Assembly: GCA_963666985.2 (NCBI GenBank)
Contig: CAXXIA010000002.1
Coordinates: 2,976,001-3,040,000 of the forward strand
Reading direction: 5' to 3'
DNA: 64,000 bases
Source: Spirochaetia bacterium
GTDB lineage: Bacteria; Spirochaetota; Spirochaetia; DSM-2461
Part shown: positions 28,885 to 38,519 of the stretch, piece by piece
Position numbering within the stretch: position 1 is the stretch's first letter
Layout of the letters: each line of letters opens with the position of its first letter
The notes under the pieces: generated by a model
Databases searched by the model: none
What the model saw: the letters and a program-made list of their open reading frames with translations, nothing else
What the model was told of the DNA's origin: nothing
Translations under genes and position numbers: made by a program

Positions 28885-29448
28885 TTATTCCCACCCGATG
28901 GTAAGCCTGATCAGCGTGAGTTCCGCATCCTTGCGAACGGCTTCGGGAGGATCCAGCTCTATGAGTTTTTCAAGAATATTGATTCTTTCTTCGCGGAGTT
29001 CCGCATCTCGGAAAGAAAAGCTGAGCGCATAGAACGTTCTGTAATCCGTTGGGGAGAGCCGCATCGACCGCTGGAGCAGATTGTGTCCCTCCTTATGGCG
29101 GCCTTCCATGCCTTCCAGAATACCGAGGTTTCTGAGTGCCGACGGATTGTCGGGCAGGAGTTCAAGCGAGTTTTTTAAGCATTCCCGAGCCGCTTTCAGA
29201 CTTCCCGTACGAAATCTGGCGCAGCCGAGGGCTTCCCATGCATAGGGATTGGACGGATCTTTGGAAATGTAGTGTTCCAGGGCACGGATTGCCTTGAGAT
29301 TCTCTCCGGTTTCCGTATAGGCGATACCGATATCGCAGATGGCTCTTATATCGTCGGGATCGTCGGAGATGATTTCGGAAAGAATAACTTTAGCCTGTTG
29401 AAACGCACCTTCCCTCATAAGGTGTTCGGCTTGATCGACAGTCGGCAT
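28885..29448 (-). CDS. Tetratricopeptide repeat protein
   Basis: Several TPR motifs (DPSNPYAWEALG, PDNPSALRNLG). ATG 29448 follows AGGAGG. Confidence 0.88.
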   Translation of the reverse strand: MPTVDQAEHLMREGAFQQAKVILSEIISDDPDDIRAICDIGIAYTETGENLKAIRALEHYISKDPSNPYAWEALGCARFRTGSLKAARECLKNSLELLPDNPSALRNLGILEGMEGRHKEGHNLLQRSMRLSPTDYRTFYALSFSFRDAELREERINILEKLIELDPPEAVRKDAELTLIRLTIGWE

Positions 29449-29645
29449 CGGCGCCCTCCTGCGTTTCTTATCGGTCGATTTCTTAATTGACTGTACCCTT
29501 CGGGTATGAAGGACCGGTGGAAAAAGTGTGTATTTCATGTACCGATATCGAGGATGCGTCTCTATGAAGCGTTATGCTTGTCTCCCCTTTGAATCGCCTG
29601 ATATACTGGCGTCGTTTCCGGAAGAGTTCGCGTGGAGGACTCAAC

Positions 29646-30578
29646 ATGCTAAATTTAGACCCCGCCATGAAAAATCTTCTCATTGAAACCGTAGGTGGGA
29701 GTATGGTTGCCGATCAGGTCGAGGCTTTGGGGCAAATGCTCATCGCCGGCCTGAATATTCACGATTTAAGTGGAAAACGCAGTAACTTTACTTTATCGCC
29801 GAGGATGGCGGCTCAAGTATTAATCGAGCATCTTACGGGTCGTGGGCAGCTCGGTGATTTTATTAAACTGCTTGTGGAGATGGATGAGGAAGTGATCCTC
29901 GGAAAAGAGCTCCGAATAGACGGACTTGCATATTTTCTCCAGAAGCTTACAGAAACAGGACTTATTTACGACTCAAAAAAACGCAAGGTTATTCCTTTAA
30001 AGGAAGATCTCGCCAAAAGACCGGACTGGGGAGCTTTGAAAAACGGCGGAACTTATGATGTTACCGTCGGAAGCATGGACATCGTCGGCAGTTCGGAGCT
30101 TGTCAATAAAATCGGCCGGAAGAAGATGGAGAAGTTCTTCTCGTTTTTCTGGTCGAATCTGGCGGAACGTCTCGGGCCTTATAACGGCAGAATTTGGTCG
30201 TGGGCCGGCGACGGAGGGATTATTGCCTTCGCTTTCAAGCAGCATCAGGTGCGCGCGGTGCGTTTCGCTTTGGAAATGCAGCGGGTTATGCCGCTGATTA
30301 ACGCCCACCATCTCAATCCCATCGACGAGGATGTGTCCATTCGCATTGGAATGCACTGCGGAAAGGTCGGATTTATGGTGGATACGGGCAAGATTATTTC
30401 GGATGTGATTAATCTTGCGGCGCATCTGGAGAAAAAAGGAACAAATCCGGGTTCCGTTTCGATAACCGAGACCGTTTGGAAGCCTCTTCCGGATAAAATA
30501 CGTGATTTTTTCGATCCCGTGGGTGATTTCGAAGGGCAGCTCCAGTTAAAAACACACGATAGGCTCGACGTTATATAA
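29646..30578 (+). CDS. Class III nucleotidyl cyclase domain protein with helical N-terminal domain
   Basis: MDIVGSS, AGDG, IRIGMHCG, INLAAHLE. GGAGG SD before ATG 29646. Confidence 0.85.
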   Translation: MLNLDPAMKNLLIETVGGSMVADQVEALGQMLIAGLNIHDLSGKRSNFTLSPRMAAQVLIEHLTGRGQLGDFIKLLVEMDEEVILGKELRIDGLAYFLQKLTETGLIYDSKKRKVIPLKEDLAKRPDWGALKNGGTYDVTVGSMDIVGSSELVNKIGRKKMEKFFSFFWSNLAERLGPYNGRIWSWAGDGGIIAFAFKQHQVRAVRFALEMQRVMPLINAHHLNPIDEDVSIRIGMHCGKVGFMVDTGKIISDVINLAAHLEKKGTNPGSVSITETVWKPLPDKIRDFFDPVGDFEGQLQLKTHDRLDVI

Positions 30579-30730
30579 CGAGTCTCCAAAGGCTCCATTT
30601 CGCTTCCATCGGGATGATTTCTCCATAAAAAGGGATACAATGGGAACCCGACGGTAACGGGAAGAAGCCGGATGACCGATAATTCGGGTACAGGCCGTTC
30701 CCTAAACCCGGGATCTGAGTCGGAGGTACC

Positions 30731-31324
30731 ATGAGGCGAAAGATCCTTCTGATTCTTATTATTTTCTCATCCGCTGCCGCTTCGGTTTCCGCCGTTGAAG
30801 GTCTTTTTCAGCTGAATTCCGTTTTCATGAAGATGAGTTATCCTCTTTACGGCAGCGGCGGGAAAGATGTTATTCGCCATTCTTCCGCGGGAATCGGCAT
30901 TAAAAGTACCAGAGGTGATACGATTCAAGGTGTTATCGACCTGAATCTACTTTTCCCGTACAAGATGAAAGAGAAAATGTATCCGGCAAAAAGCTTTTCC
31001 ACACGGTCTGTCGACGGTCAGCCTATCGGACTTGATTGTTTGATCGGCGTGGGTTACAGCTTTGATGTGGATCCTCTCTATTGTTTCGTTTCGGCCGGTC
31101 TGCATACCGGCGCCTTAATGGAAGGCGGTTCCATGCTGGTGGCCTTCGGACTGGGCGTTGACGCTCAGGCGCAAGTCAGGCTGGGAAAGGCGTTTACCTC
31201 TCAGCTGGGCTTGAAAGCGTCGATGGATTTTGCCGGGTATCAAAATTTTGTTTCCGGCTCCAATCAGTTCGCGGGGCTTCCTTTCGGCATCGGCATTTAT
31301 ACCGGAATCGGTATCCAGCTCTAA
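30731..31324 (+). CDS. Exported protein, probable small outer-membrane beta-barrel
   Basis: Signal peptide; alternating amphipathic Gly/aromatic strands; C-terminal IYTGIGIQL. Confidence 0.55.
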   Translation: MRRKILLILIIFSSAAASVSAVEGLFQLNSVFMKMSYPLYGSGGKDVIRHSSAGIGIKSTRGDTIQGVIDLNLLFPYKMKEKMYPAKSFSTRSVDGQPIGLDCLIGVGYSFDVDPLYCFVSAGLHTGALMEGGSMLVAFGLGVDAQAQVRLGKAFTSQLGLKASMDFAGYQNFVSGSNQFAGLPFGIGIYTGIGIQL

Positions 31325-31407
31325 TCCGTTTTTTAATCCTCTTTTTGTTTTAGCGGAGCCTGCTGAATTGGCCGGAATATCGCCGGTTTAAGAAAAAGGA
31401 CTGATTT

Positions 31408-34287
31408 TCAGAATATTTCGGAATCCATGAGAAGAACATCAAAGGCGGCCCTGTTCTCCTGCCAGAGCCAGTTGAACCTGAATCCGATGCTGAATCCCGA
31501 AAAGCTGTTTAATGCGGCAAAATCCATGTTGAGGGCGGCTCCGGAACTCCACAAAGGATTAAGCGAATTATCGTAGAAGCCGAAGTCTCCGTAAAATCCG
31601 AGGCGGAAGCGCTGAATAAAGAGAACCGGACCCAGGGGAAGATCGGGGTAGAGAATGGGAAGTTCATAATCGGCTTTTGCGAGAAGCTGCCGTTTAAAAT
31701 CAATATCGGAATAGCCGCGGGGACGGGATGTTATGGCGCTGAAGTCTTCCCGCCGCATTTCCCACGCTCCGCCCAGAACCAGTGCGGCATGAGGCACCAG
31801 TCCGGGGAAATAAAGTGAAAGCGCGGCTCCGGCCGCATCGGCTTCATTCTCAAATGGAAGATGACTGTATCCCGCCGTGATATTCCAGCCCCAGCGGGGG
31901 TGAATATCGCGATAACAGAGTTCTCTTGTCCGTATCCACTGCGTACCGTAGGAGAGATATGGATAGGCACCGCCGGTGCTTTTCCATAGAAGTCCTCCCT
32001 TCACATTCAGTTCGAGATTATGGGTCCATAAACCGCTGCGGGAGAGGTTCATCGGCATGGAAGTGAGCATGACCGCGGATATCTGATGATACGCCCGATT
32101 TGCCGATGAGGCATGGCGATAGAGATATTCCGCGGAAATCCCCAGGATCGGACGGAAGCCGGTAAAGAGAAATTGTCCGTATATACCCGGCGATATTTCA
32201 CTGTAATCATAAATGCAGCCGAATTCGGATGAGAGTGTTCCAAGAACATCATCCGAGTAAACCGACAGGCTGAGTGCCGTTGTAAGAGGATTCCCCATAA
32301 GAAGCCATGTGTGAGGATTAAAGACATGGGCCGCCGGTTTGTAGCCGGTTTCAGGGTGGTTCTCATTCCCTTCGGATACGGCTTCGGGGCGGTTCTCGGG
32401 GTTTCTGAGCGGAGAAAACGTTTCATGAATCCTCCGTGTTTCAGAGCTGAGTAAATCGGAGAGCCATGGACTGTAAATCGGAGGTTTCTCATCCGGAGTT
32501 TCGGCGGGGAGCATATCCGGATTCGTTTTGCGGAGTGCGATTCTTTCTCCATAGGAATCGGTAATTTGCGAGGCGATAACCCGGTTTCCCAAAATCAGCG
32601 GAGAACGCAGTCCGTAGCCTCCCTCAAGCAGAAGAACCGGATTTTTCGCCGATCCTTCGATTTTTACGCTCCACAGTGATTCTTTGCCGCTGCGGTTGGA
32701 AGCAAATACAACAGAGTTTCCGCTTGCGGAGAAAACGGGATTTTTGACCGTTTCATAAGTTCTTTCGGTCAGGGCCGTCCAGTAATGTTCTTCAATGTTC
32801 CAGATTCCAATAACGCGGCCGGCATTGTTTCGGTGGGAAAAAACGATTTGAGCGGCATCCTGATTCCAGGAGGGATAGGCGGCGGTTCCGTTTTCCAGCT
32901 TCAATCGCCGAATCACGTTTCCGGTTCGGCTGTCGGTAATCACCAGAGCATTTCGGCCGTTTCCTTCCTGTATACAGAGAGCCAGCATGCCGCCGTCCGG
33001 GGAAAGGGAGGGATAGAGAGCCCGGCTGTTTTTTACAGGATGACGGCGCCTATTCGGATGATCGTTTTCATCCAAATCCACGATTGTGATGTCGGAGGTT
33101 GAGTGGGCCAGGTAAACCGGATGGCTCCGAAGCGAATTCCAGGCAACGCTGATGCCTTTTTGCCCGTCGGATCGTTTCGAGACGCTCACCCGTCCGTAGG
33201 ATGGAAGGGGGATTAGTTCGCTTTCACGCGATTCGCCTGATGCATCGGGATTGATTCGGATTAAGCGCGGAAGGCTGTTTATCGATGTTCTGCGGGCGTA
33301 AATGCTTCCGTCGACTTCACCCAGGATTTCATATTGGGTGTAGTATCGGTTTTCATCCGTTAAGAAAAACGACTCCCGCGAATTAACGGTTTGAGAGTTT
33401 TCATTAAGAGCGTCCGCATCATCTGCCCCATAATAAATCTCCGCCCAATTGAGCCAATCGGAAGCCATGTCACGGTAAAGCTCTTGTGGTTTCTTTCCGG
33501 TGGTTTCTTTTGTTCCGAGGTTGATACCCAGAACGGGAATCGGTACCTGATGGGTTTTCTGATAGATTCCGTCCATGGAATCCCTGCCGTATTCCTTGTG
33601 TATCCAGCCGACCATGGCATAACCCAGGTAATACTGATTCGGTACGTTTTTTTTGTATGACGGATTGGCCACGTGATTGAGACTGAGTTCCGGATTGTCG
33701 TTGATAAACGCAAGCATCCTGCTGAGGAATAAAGGATCTCTTCCCCGTCCTTCTTCGGAGAGTAGTGTTTCGTTTGTAACCGCATCGCCTTCCAGCAGCC
33801 AGGTCGGCTGCCCGGCGCCGATGCCGCCGATCCAGCCCAGTTCCCCCAGAAGAATATGGAAAAGGCGGACGGTTGAATGATCGGAGGCATCAAACTGGGC
33901 CATGTGACGCCCCTCATGTACGGCCAGAAGCCACTGCCAGTCGGATACGGCGGTGAAATCTTCCGCGGGGGCCTCAAACCACACGGAACTTCTGGGAAGC
34001 ATGGCGACAAAACCGTTGGAAACAAGTCCCTTATCGGTTAAAACAAGGGGCCATTTATTGTGTTCGCGGGGAGACGGAAGGCTCTCCCTGTTGTTTTGCA
34101 TCAGTTCATCCAGGCAAAGAGCGAGAACCGCGGCATCTTCGGACATGGATTGGGGATAGATCAGGATGAATTCTTCCGTTTCCCTCTGCATCCATTTGGT
34201 TCCGGGAGAATGCTGGGCCGCGAGCGGAAACGGAATGAACAGAGATATGATCAGAATAATCCGAAAAGGCAATTTCATAGTATTCAT
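31408..34287 (-). CDS. Large outer-membrane protein: zincin-like HExxH domain + PD40/TolB-like propeller + probable C-terminal beta-barrel
   Basis: Signal peptide; VHEGRH...WLLEGDAV; repeats YPSLSPDG, YPSWNQD, NPVFSASG; beta-rich C-terminus ending in F. Confidence 0.7.
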   Translation of the reverse strand: MNTMKLPFRIILIISLFIPFPLAAQHSPGTKWMQRETEEFILIYPQSMSEDAAVLALCLDELMQNNRESLPSPREHNKWPLVLTDKGLVSNGFVAMLPRSSVWFEAPAEDFTAVSDWQWLLAVHEGRHMAQFDASDHSTVRLFHILLGELGWIGGIGAGQPTWLLEGDAVTNETLLSEEGRGRDPLFLSRMLAFINDNPELSLNHVANPSYKKNVPNQYYLGYAMVGWIHKEYGRDSMDGIYQKTHQVPIPVLGINLGTKETTGKKPQELYRDMASDWLNWAEIYYGADDADALNENSQTVNSRESFFLTDENRYYTQYEILGEVDGSIYARRTSINSLPRLIRINPDASGESRESELIPLPSYGRVSVSKRSDGQKGISVAWNSLRSHPVYLAHSTSDITIVDLDENDHPNRRRHPVKNSRALYPSLSPDGGMLALCIQEGNGRNALVITDSRTGNVIRRLKLENGTAAYPSWNQDAAQIVFSHRNNAGRVIGIWNIEEHYWTALTERTYETVKNPVFSASGNSVVFASNRSGKESLWSVKIEGSAKNPVLLLEGGYGLRSPLILGNRVIASQITDSYGERIALRKTNPDMLPAETPDEKPPIYSPWLSDLLSSETRRIHETFSPLRNPENRPEAVSEGNENHPETGYKPAAHVFNPHTWLLMGNPLTTALSLSVYSDDVLGTLSSEFGCIYDYSEISPGIYGQFLFTGFRPILGISAEYLYRHASSANRAYHQISAVMLTSMPMNLSRSGLWTHNLELNVKGGLLWKSTGGAYPYLSYGTQWIRTRELCYRDIHPRWGWNITAGYSHLPFENEADAAGAALSLYFPGLVPHAALVLGGAWEMRREDFSAITSRPRGYSDIDFKRQLLAKADYELPILYPDLPLGPVLFIQRFRLGFYGDFGFYDNSLNPLWSSGAALNMDFAALNSFSGFSIGFRFNWLWQENRAAFDVLLMDSEIF

Positions 34288-34421
34288 GATAACAATAGAG
34301 GACCCTCACAATCATCGGAAGATTGTGAGGGGAAGGCCTTAATAAATGCTGAGAATTATATCCGGTTATCTTACGAGAAGGACTTCTGTGAGGGCGAACA
34401 GCCTGCTTCCGCGGGAATCTT

Positions 34422-36251
34422 TTATTCCGGCAGAACCCGTATGGCTCCCTTGTCGGCGCTTGCCGCCATATACGCATAGGCCTTGAGGGCATCAGAGACT
34501 GTCCGGTCGCGGTTCGGCTTCCACGCGGCGGCCCCTTTGGCCTCTTCTTCCTCACGGCGTTTTGAGAGCTCTTCAGCCTTCAAACGAACATCGAGTTTCC
34601 GGTTGGGAATGTCGATGTCGATAATATCGCCGTCGCGGACCAGGCCGATGCCGCCTTTGGAAGCCGCTTCCGGAGAAGCATGACCGATGGAAAGTCCCGA
34701 AGTGCCGCCGGAGAAGCGGCCGTCGGTTAAGAGGGCGCATGCTTTACCGAGCTTCATGGATTTCAGGTAGCTGGTGGGATAGAGCATCTCCTGCATGCCC
34801 GGACCGCCCTTGGGACCTTCATAGCGGATAATCACGACATCACCGGCACAGATGCGTCCGCCCAGGATGCCTTCGACGGCCGCTTCCTGGGAATCGAAAA
34901 CCTTGGCGGTTCCCGAGAAGGTCAGGATGGATTCGTCGACGCCGGCGGTTTTCACCACGGCGCCGTCTTCGGCCAGATTGCCGAAGAGCACGGCCAGTCC
35001 GCCGTCCTTGGAGTAGGCGGAGTTGACTTTTCTGATGCAGCCCTTCTCTCGGTCCAAATCCAAATCTTTGAAACGATTCTCCTGACTGGCCAGGACGAGG
35101 TTCCGGCCGCCTCCCGGCGCCGCTTTGAAGAATTCCCTGGTCCGCTCGCTTGGCGAGGATCCGTTGATATCCCATTCCTTCAGAGCCTCGGAGAGACTCG
35201 CCGCATCGATGCGGGATACGGAGGTGTCGATGAGATTCGCCCGGGAAAGTTCTCCGAGAATCCCAAGGATGCCTCCGGCGCGGTGAACGTCTTGAACATG
35301 ATACGACGAGCTTGGAGCCACTTTACTGATGCAGGGAATTTTCCGGCTGAGTCTGTCGATGTCCTTGAGCGTGAAATCAACCCGGGCCGATTGAGCCACG
35401 GCCAGGATGTGAAGGATGGTATTTGTGGAGCCTCCCATGGCGATATCCAGGGCCATGGCGTTCTCAAACGCGGCTTTGCCGGCGATGGAGCGCGGCAGGA
35501 CCGAATCATCGTCTTTTTGGTAATAGCGATCGGTCAGCTCGACGATCAAGTCGGCCGCTCGGTCGAACAGTCCGGCTCTTTCGGCATGGGTTGCCAGGAC
35601 CGTTCCGTTTCCCGGAAGGCCGAGTCCCAGGGCTTCCACCAGACAGTTCATGGAATTGGCCGTAAACATCCCGCTGCAGGAACCGCATGTGGGGCAGGCC
35701 GCGTGTTCGACGCGTTCCAGGTAATCATCCGGTACGGAATTGTCGCCTGCCATGATCATGGCGTCGATCAGGTCCAGATATTTGTCGTCCACTTTTCCGG
35801 CTTCCATGGGCCCGCCGGAGACGAAAACGGCGGGGATGTTCAGCCTCATGGCGGCCATCAGCATTCCCGGCGTGATTTTATCGCAGTTGGAGATGCAGAC
35901 CAGGGCGTCGGCGCAGTGGGCGTTCACCATGTATTCGACGCTGTCGGCGATGATTTCCCTGGAAGGCAGGGAGTAGAGCATGCCGTCGTGTCCCATGGCG
36001 ATGCCGTCGTCGATGGCGATGGTGTTGAATTCGGCCGCGAAACAGCCGTGCTCTTCAATGCGTTTTTTGATCTTTTGACCGATATCATGAAGGTGAACAT
36101 GACCCGGTACGAACTGCGTGAAGGAGTTGGCGATGGCGATAACCGGTTTGGTCATTTGGGCTTCGGTCATGCCGTTGGCCCTCCAGAGGGACCGGGCTCC
36201 TGCCATGAGTCTGCCCTGACGGTTGGTATTGCTGCGTAAGTTTTTTGCCAT
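34422..36251 (-). CDS. ilvD: Dihydroxy-acid dehydratase
   Basis: [58 protein letters not shown]. Confidence 0.98.
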   Translation of the reverse strand: MAKNLRSNTNRQGRLMAGARSLWRANGMTEAQMTKPVIAIANSFTQFVPGHVHLHDIGQKIKKRIEEHGCFAAEFNTIAIDDGIAMGHDGMLYSLPSREIIADSVEYMVNAHCADALVCISNCDKITPGMLMAAMRLNIPAVFVSGGPMEAGKVDDKYLDLIDAMIMAGDNSVPDDYLERVEHAACPTCGSCSGMFTANSMNCLVEALGLGLPGNGTVLATHAERAGLFDRAADLIVELTDRYYQKDDDSVLPRSIAGKAAFENAMALDIAMGGSTNTILHILAVAQSARVDFTLKDIDRLSRKIPCISKVAPSSSYHVQDVHRAGGILGILGELSRANLIDTSVSRIDAASLSEALKEWDINGSSPSERTREFFKAAPGGGRNLVLASQENRFKDLDLDREKGCIRKVNSAYSKDGGLAVLFGNLAEDGAVVKTAGVDESILTFSGTAKVFDSQEAAVEGILGGRICAGDVVIIRYEGPKGGPGMQEMLYPTSYLKSMKLGKACALLTDGRFSGGTSGLSIGHASPEAASKGGIGLVRDGDIIDIDIPNRKLDVRLKAEELSKRREEEEAKGAAAWKPNRDRTVSDALKAYAYMAASADKGAIRVLPE

Positions 36252-36484
36252 ATTCCCTATACTCCCGGCGGCCCTTAAGTTGATCGGTTTAAAACAGATA
36301 GTACCTCAGGGGCGCTTCAATTGATGCCGGCAGTATATCCGGGACAGGCGGCTCTTTCCAAGAGAAACGGGATGAATGCCAAAATTTGATTTGGCATTCC
36401 GGCGGCAGGCATTTCCCCGAAGACGGAATGAAAACGAAAGCTTCAGCAAAATTCCGGGGAAATGACGATGATATCGGAATCGTT

Positions 36485-37174
36485 TTACATTTTGATTTCA
36501 GTCGTAGAGCAATACAGGTTGACCGCCGAGGGGATGGAATCAACGATGGAAACCGTAGAGATTCCCGTGTCGGAGTCGAAGACATATTTTACGATATTCC
36601 ATCCCTCTTCGGCATTGAAATTCGTATAGGTCCAGGAATCGTTCGTACCGGAAATTGAAGCGGCTTCCGTTGCGTAGAAAAACTCATATTCCGCTTTTAT
36701 CGGCTCTACGTATGCCGCCGCGGATTCCGTTTCGGCATATGCGGCTTCGTCGACTAAATAGATGGAATAATCATAAGAGGAATTGGTGAAGCAGTAACAC
36801 CAGCAGTATTGCGCCGAACCGTTGGTTATGGTTAGCCCTTCTCCCGAAAAGTCCGTTGAAATTGTTCCGAGATCTTCGGAACCGGGGGTTGATATGGTAA
36901 GAGAGAGGGTGCTGTTTCCGTCCATGTCGCTGAACAGCCCGTTATTGTCGGATAGTATGTCCTCGTTTGTATTTTCCCAAAGGGTTGTCGTGAGACCTCC
37001 GGCTTCGTCAAGGACATAAATCGGAGCGCCCGTAATGGTTAAGGAATCGGAATCTCCGGAAATGTAATCATAGCCGTAGCTTCCATTTCCACCCGAGGGG
37101 TTGCTGCAGGCCGCCGCGGTTAAAATCAGGAATACCGTAAAACAAATTCCTGCTCCGTGAAGAAAATATTTCAT
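36485..37174 (-). CDS. Hypothetical lipoprotein
   Basis: GGAGG SD; MKYF...LILTAAAC lipobox; acidic, Ser/Thr-rich body. Confidence 0.7.
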   Translation of the reverse strand: MKYFLHGAGICFTVFLILTAAACSNPSGGNGSYGYDYISGDSDSLTITGAPIYVLDEAGGLTTTLWENTNEDILSDNNGLFSDMDGNSTLSLTISTPGSEDLGTISTDFSGEGLTITNGSAQYCWCYCFTNSSYDYSIYLVDEAAYAETESAAAYVEPIKAEYEFFYATEAASISGTNDSWTYTNFNAEEGWNIVKYVFDSDTGISTVSIVDSIPSAVNLYCSTTEIKM

Positions 37175-37314
37175 GTTGGTCCTCCGGGAACTTAAGTGGG
37201 TTTTAATAAACTGATTGAACTTTAGTTTACTGCTGTACGTATTTTCAATTTTTTCGAGTGAAAATATGGAAGGATATTGACGGGGGAATCTCGGGGAATT
37301 AGGATTGGTGCATT

Positions 37315-38430
37315 GTGCAACCAACATGTTCCATCGAGATTTCACCTCCGGATAACCGGGCCAGGATTATCGAAGCTCTCTGGGAAGAGTCCGGCCGCAG
37401 CCGGCTTGAACTGGCCGCACGGCTGGGCGTTGATAAATCAACAATGAGCCGGGGTGCGGCGCAGCTTTTGGAGTGCGGACTCCTTCGGGAAAATCACATA
37501 AAAGAATCGGGTCCGAAGGGGGGGCGGCGTGCGATCGGTTTGGAGGTAAACCCCGATTGGGGCGCCGGGCTGGGACTGGAGATTCAGCCGAACGGCTGCT
37601 GCGGCCTTTTGGCGGATCTTTCCGGGAATTGCCGTTCGACGTTTCGGATCGATACGGCCGTTTCAAGGGAAAATCTGGTTTCGGTTCTTGAAAAGGCCGC
37701 GGCCAAGGGCCGGGAGAGCGCCCGAAAGATCGGACTGCCGCTGGTGTCCGCCGGTCTGGGGTTGCCCGGCGTGATTCATCCGGTAACGGGAGTTGTGCAA
37801 TGTTCCCGGCCCTTGGGAATTGAAGAGCCTCTGGATTTGTCCGGATCGGCTTCCGAGATTTTCGGCATGGATGTGGACATCGATAACGATGTGAAATGCG
37901 GCTGCCGTTCGGAATTGGCGTTTTCCCGGCAGGCTTCGGGGGTCAGCTTTCTTTATCTCTTGGCGGAAGAGCGGAAGAAAGGATTGGCTTTGGGACTGGG
38001 AACGGTGATTCGGGGGGTGCTTTTTCGCGGAGATAACGGAGCCAGCGGTGAGCTGTTAAGCGTTTACAGCAAGGATTTTCGGGATCAGCTGGGGATTCCG
38101 AGTAAGGAGCTCTCCGAGGCCGCTCAAAATCCTCGAACCATGATCGCGGTTTCCCGGGAATTGGCTCCGCAGCTCGCTTTTTTGGCCAATGCTTTCGATA
38201 TCGATACGTTGATTCTCGGAGGTTTGTTTCACGATCGCTTTGAGGAATTATCCGAAATATTCCTGAGCGCCTTGAGGGAACGAAGAACCTATCCGCATTT
38301 GGTTTCACCCAGAGTTCTTCCGTCCAAACACAGTGTTTTTCCGGTGGCATATGGAGCCGCCGTGCATTTTACGGAAAATTTTTCGACGCGGTTTCAAAAG
38401 TTGGGGTTTTTTGAAATGAAGCCCTTATAA
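37315..38430 (+). CDS. ROK family transcriptional regulator
   Basis: N-terminal HTH SRLELAARLG, GGRR, GLGLPG, IDNDVK, GASGE. Confidence 0.9.
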   Translation: MQPTCSIEISPPDNRARIIEALWEESGRSRLELAARLGVDKSTMSRGAAQLLECGLLRENHIKESGPKGGRRAIGLEVNPDWGAGLGLEIQPNGCCGLLADLSGNCRSTFRIDTAVSRENLVSVLEKAAAKGRESARKIGLPLVSAGLGLPGVIHPVTGVVQCSRPLGIEEPLDLSGSASEIFGMDVDIDNDVKCGCRSELAFSRQASGVSFLYLLAEERKKGLALGLGTVIRGVLFRGDNGASGELLSVYSKDFRDQLGIPSKELSEAAQNPRTMIAVSRELAPQLAFLANAFDIDTLILGGLFHDRFEELSEIFLSALRERRTYPHLVSPRVLPSKHSVFPVAYGAAVHFTENFSTRFQKLGFFEMKPL

Positions 38431-38519
38431 GCGATTAAGGGGTTTCGGTTATCGGTTTTGAGGTTATTTCATGTTTGATGAAATGGCCTTTTGGCGAATC
38501 AGTCTTTCTGGAGGACGAT

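Noticed and set aside
28122..30578. Pycsar-type anti-phage system
   Set aside because: No co-oriented TIR or TM effector next to the cyclase; the TPR and pentapeptide genes are divergent from it.
30636..30730. Structured 5' leader (GGGAAC...GTTCCC, ACCCGA...TCGGGT) as a possible riboswitch
   Set aside because: I could not match it to any riboswitch consensus; the pairings are short and GC-rich. An Rfam/Infernal scan is needed.
36252..36484. Possible ilvD attenuator or T-box
   Set aside because: Only one hairpin (GAATGCCAAA/TTTGGCATTC). No Ile/Leu/Val-rich leader ORF, T-box motif or U-tract terminator found.
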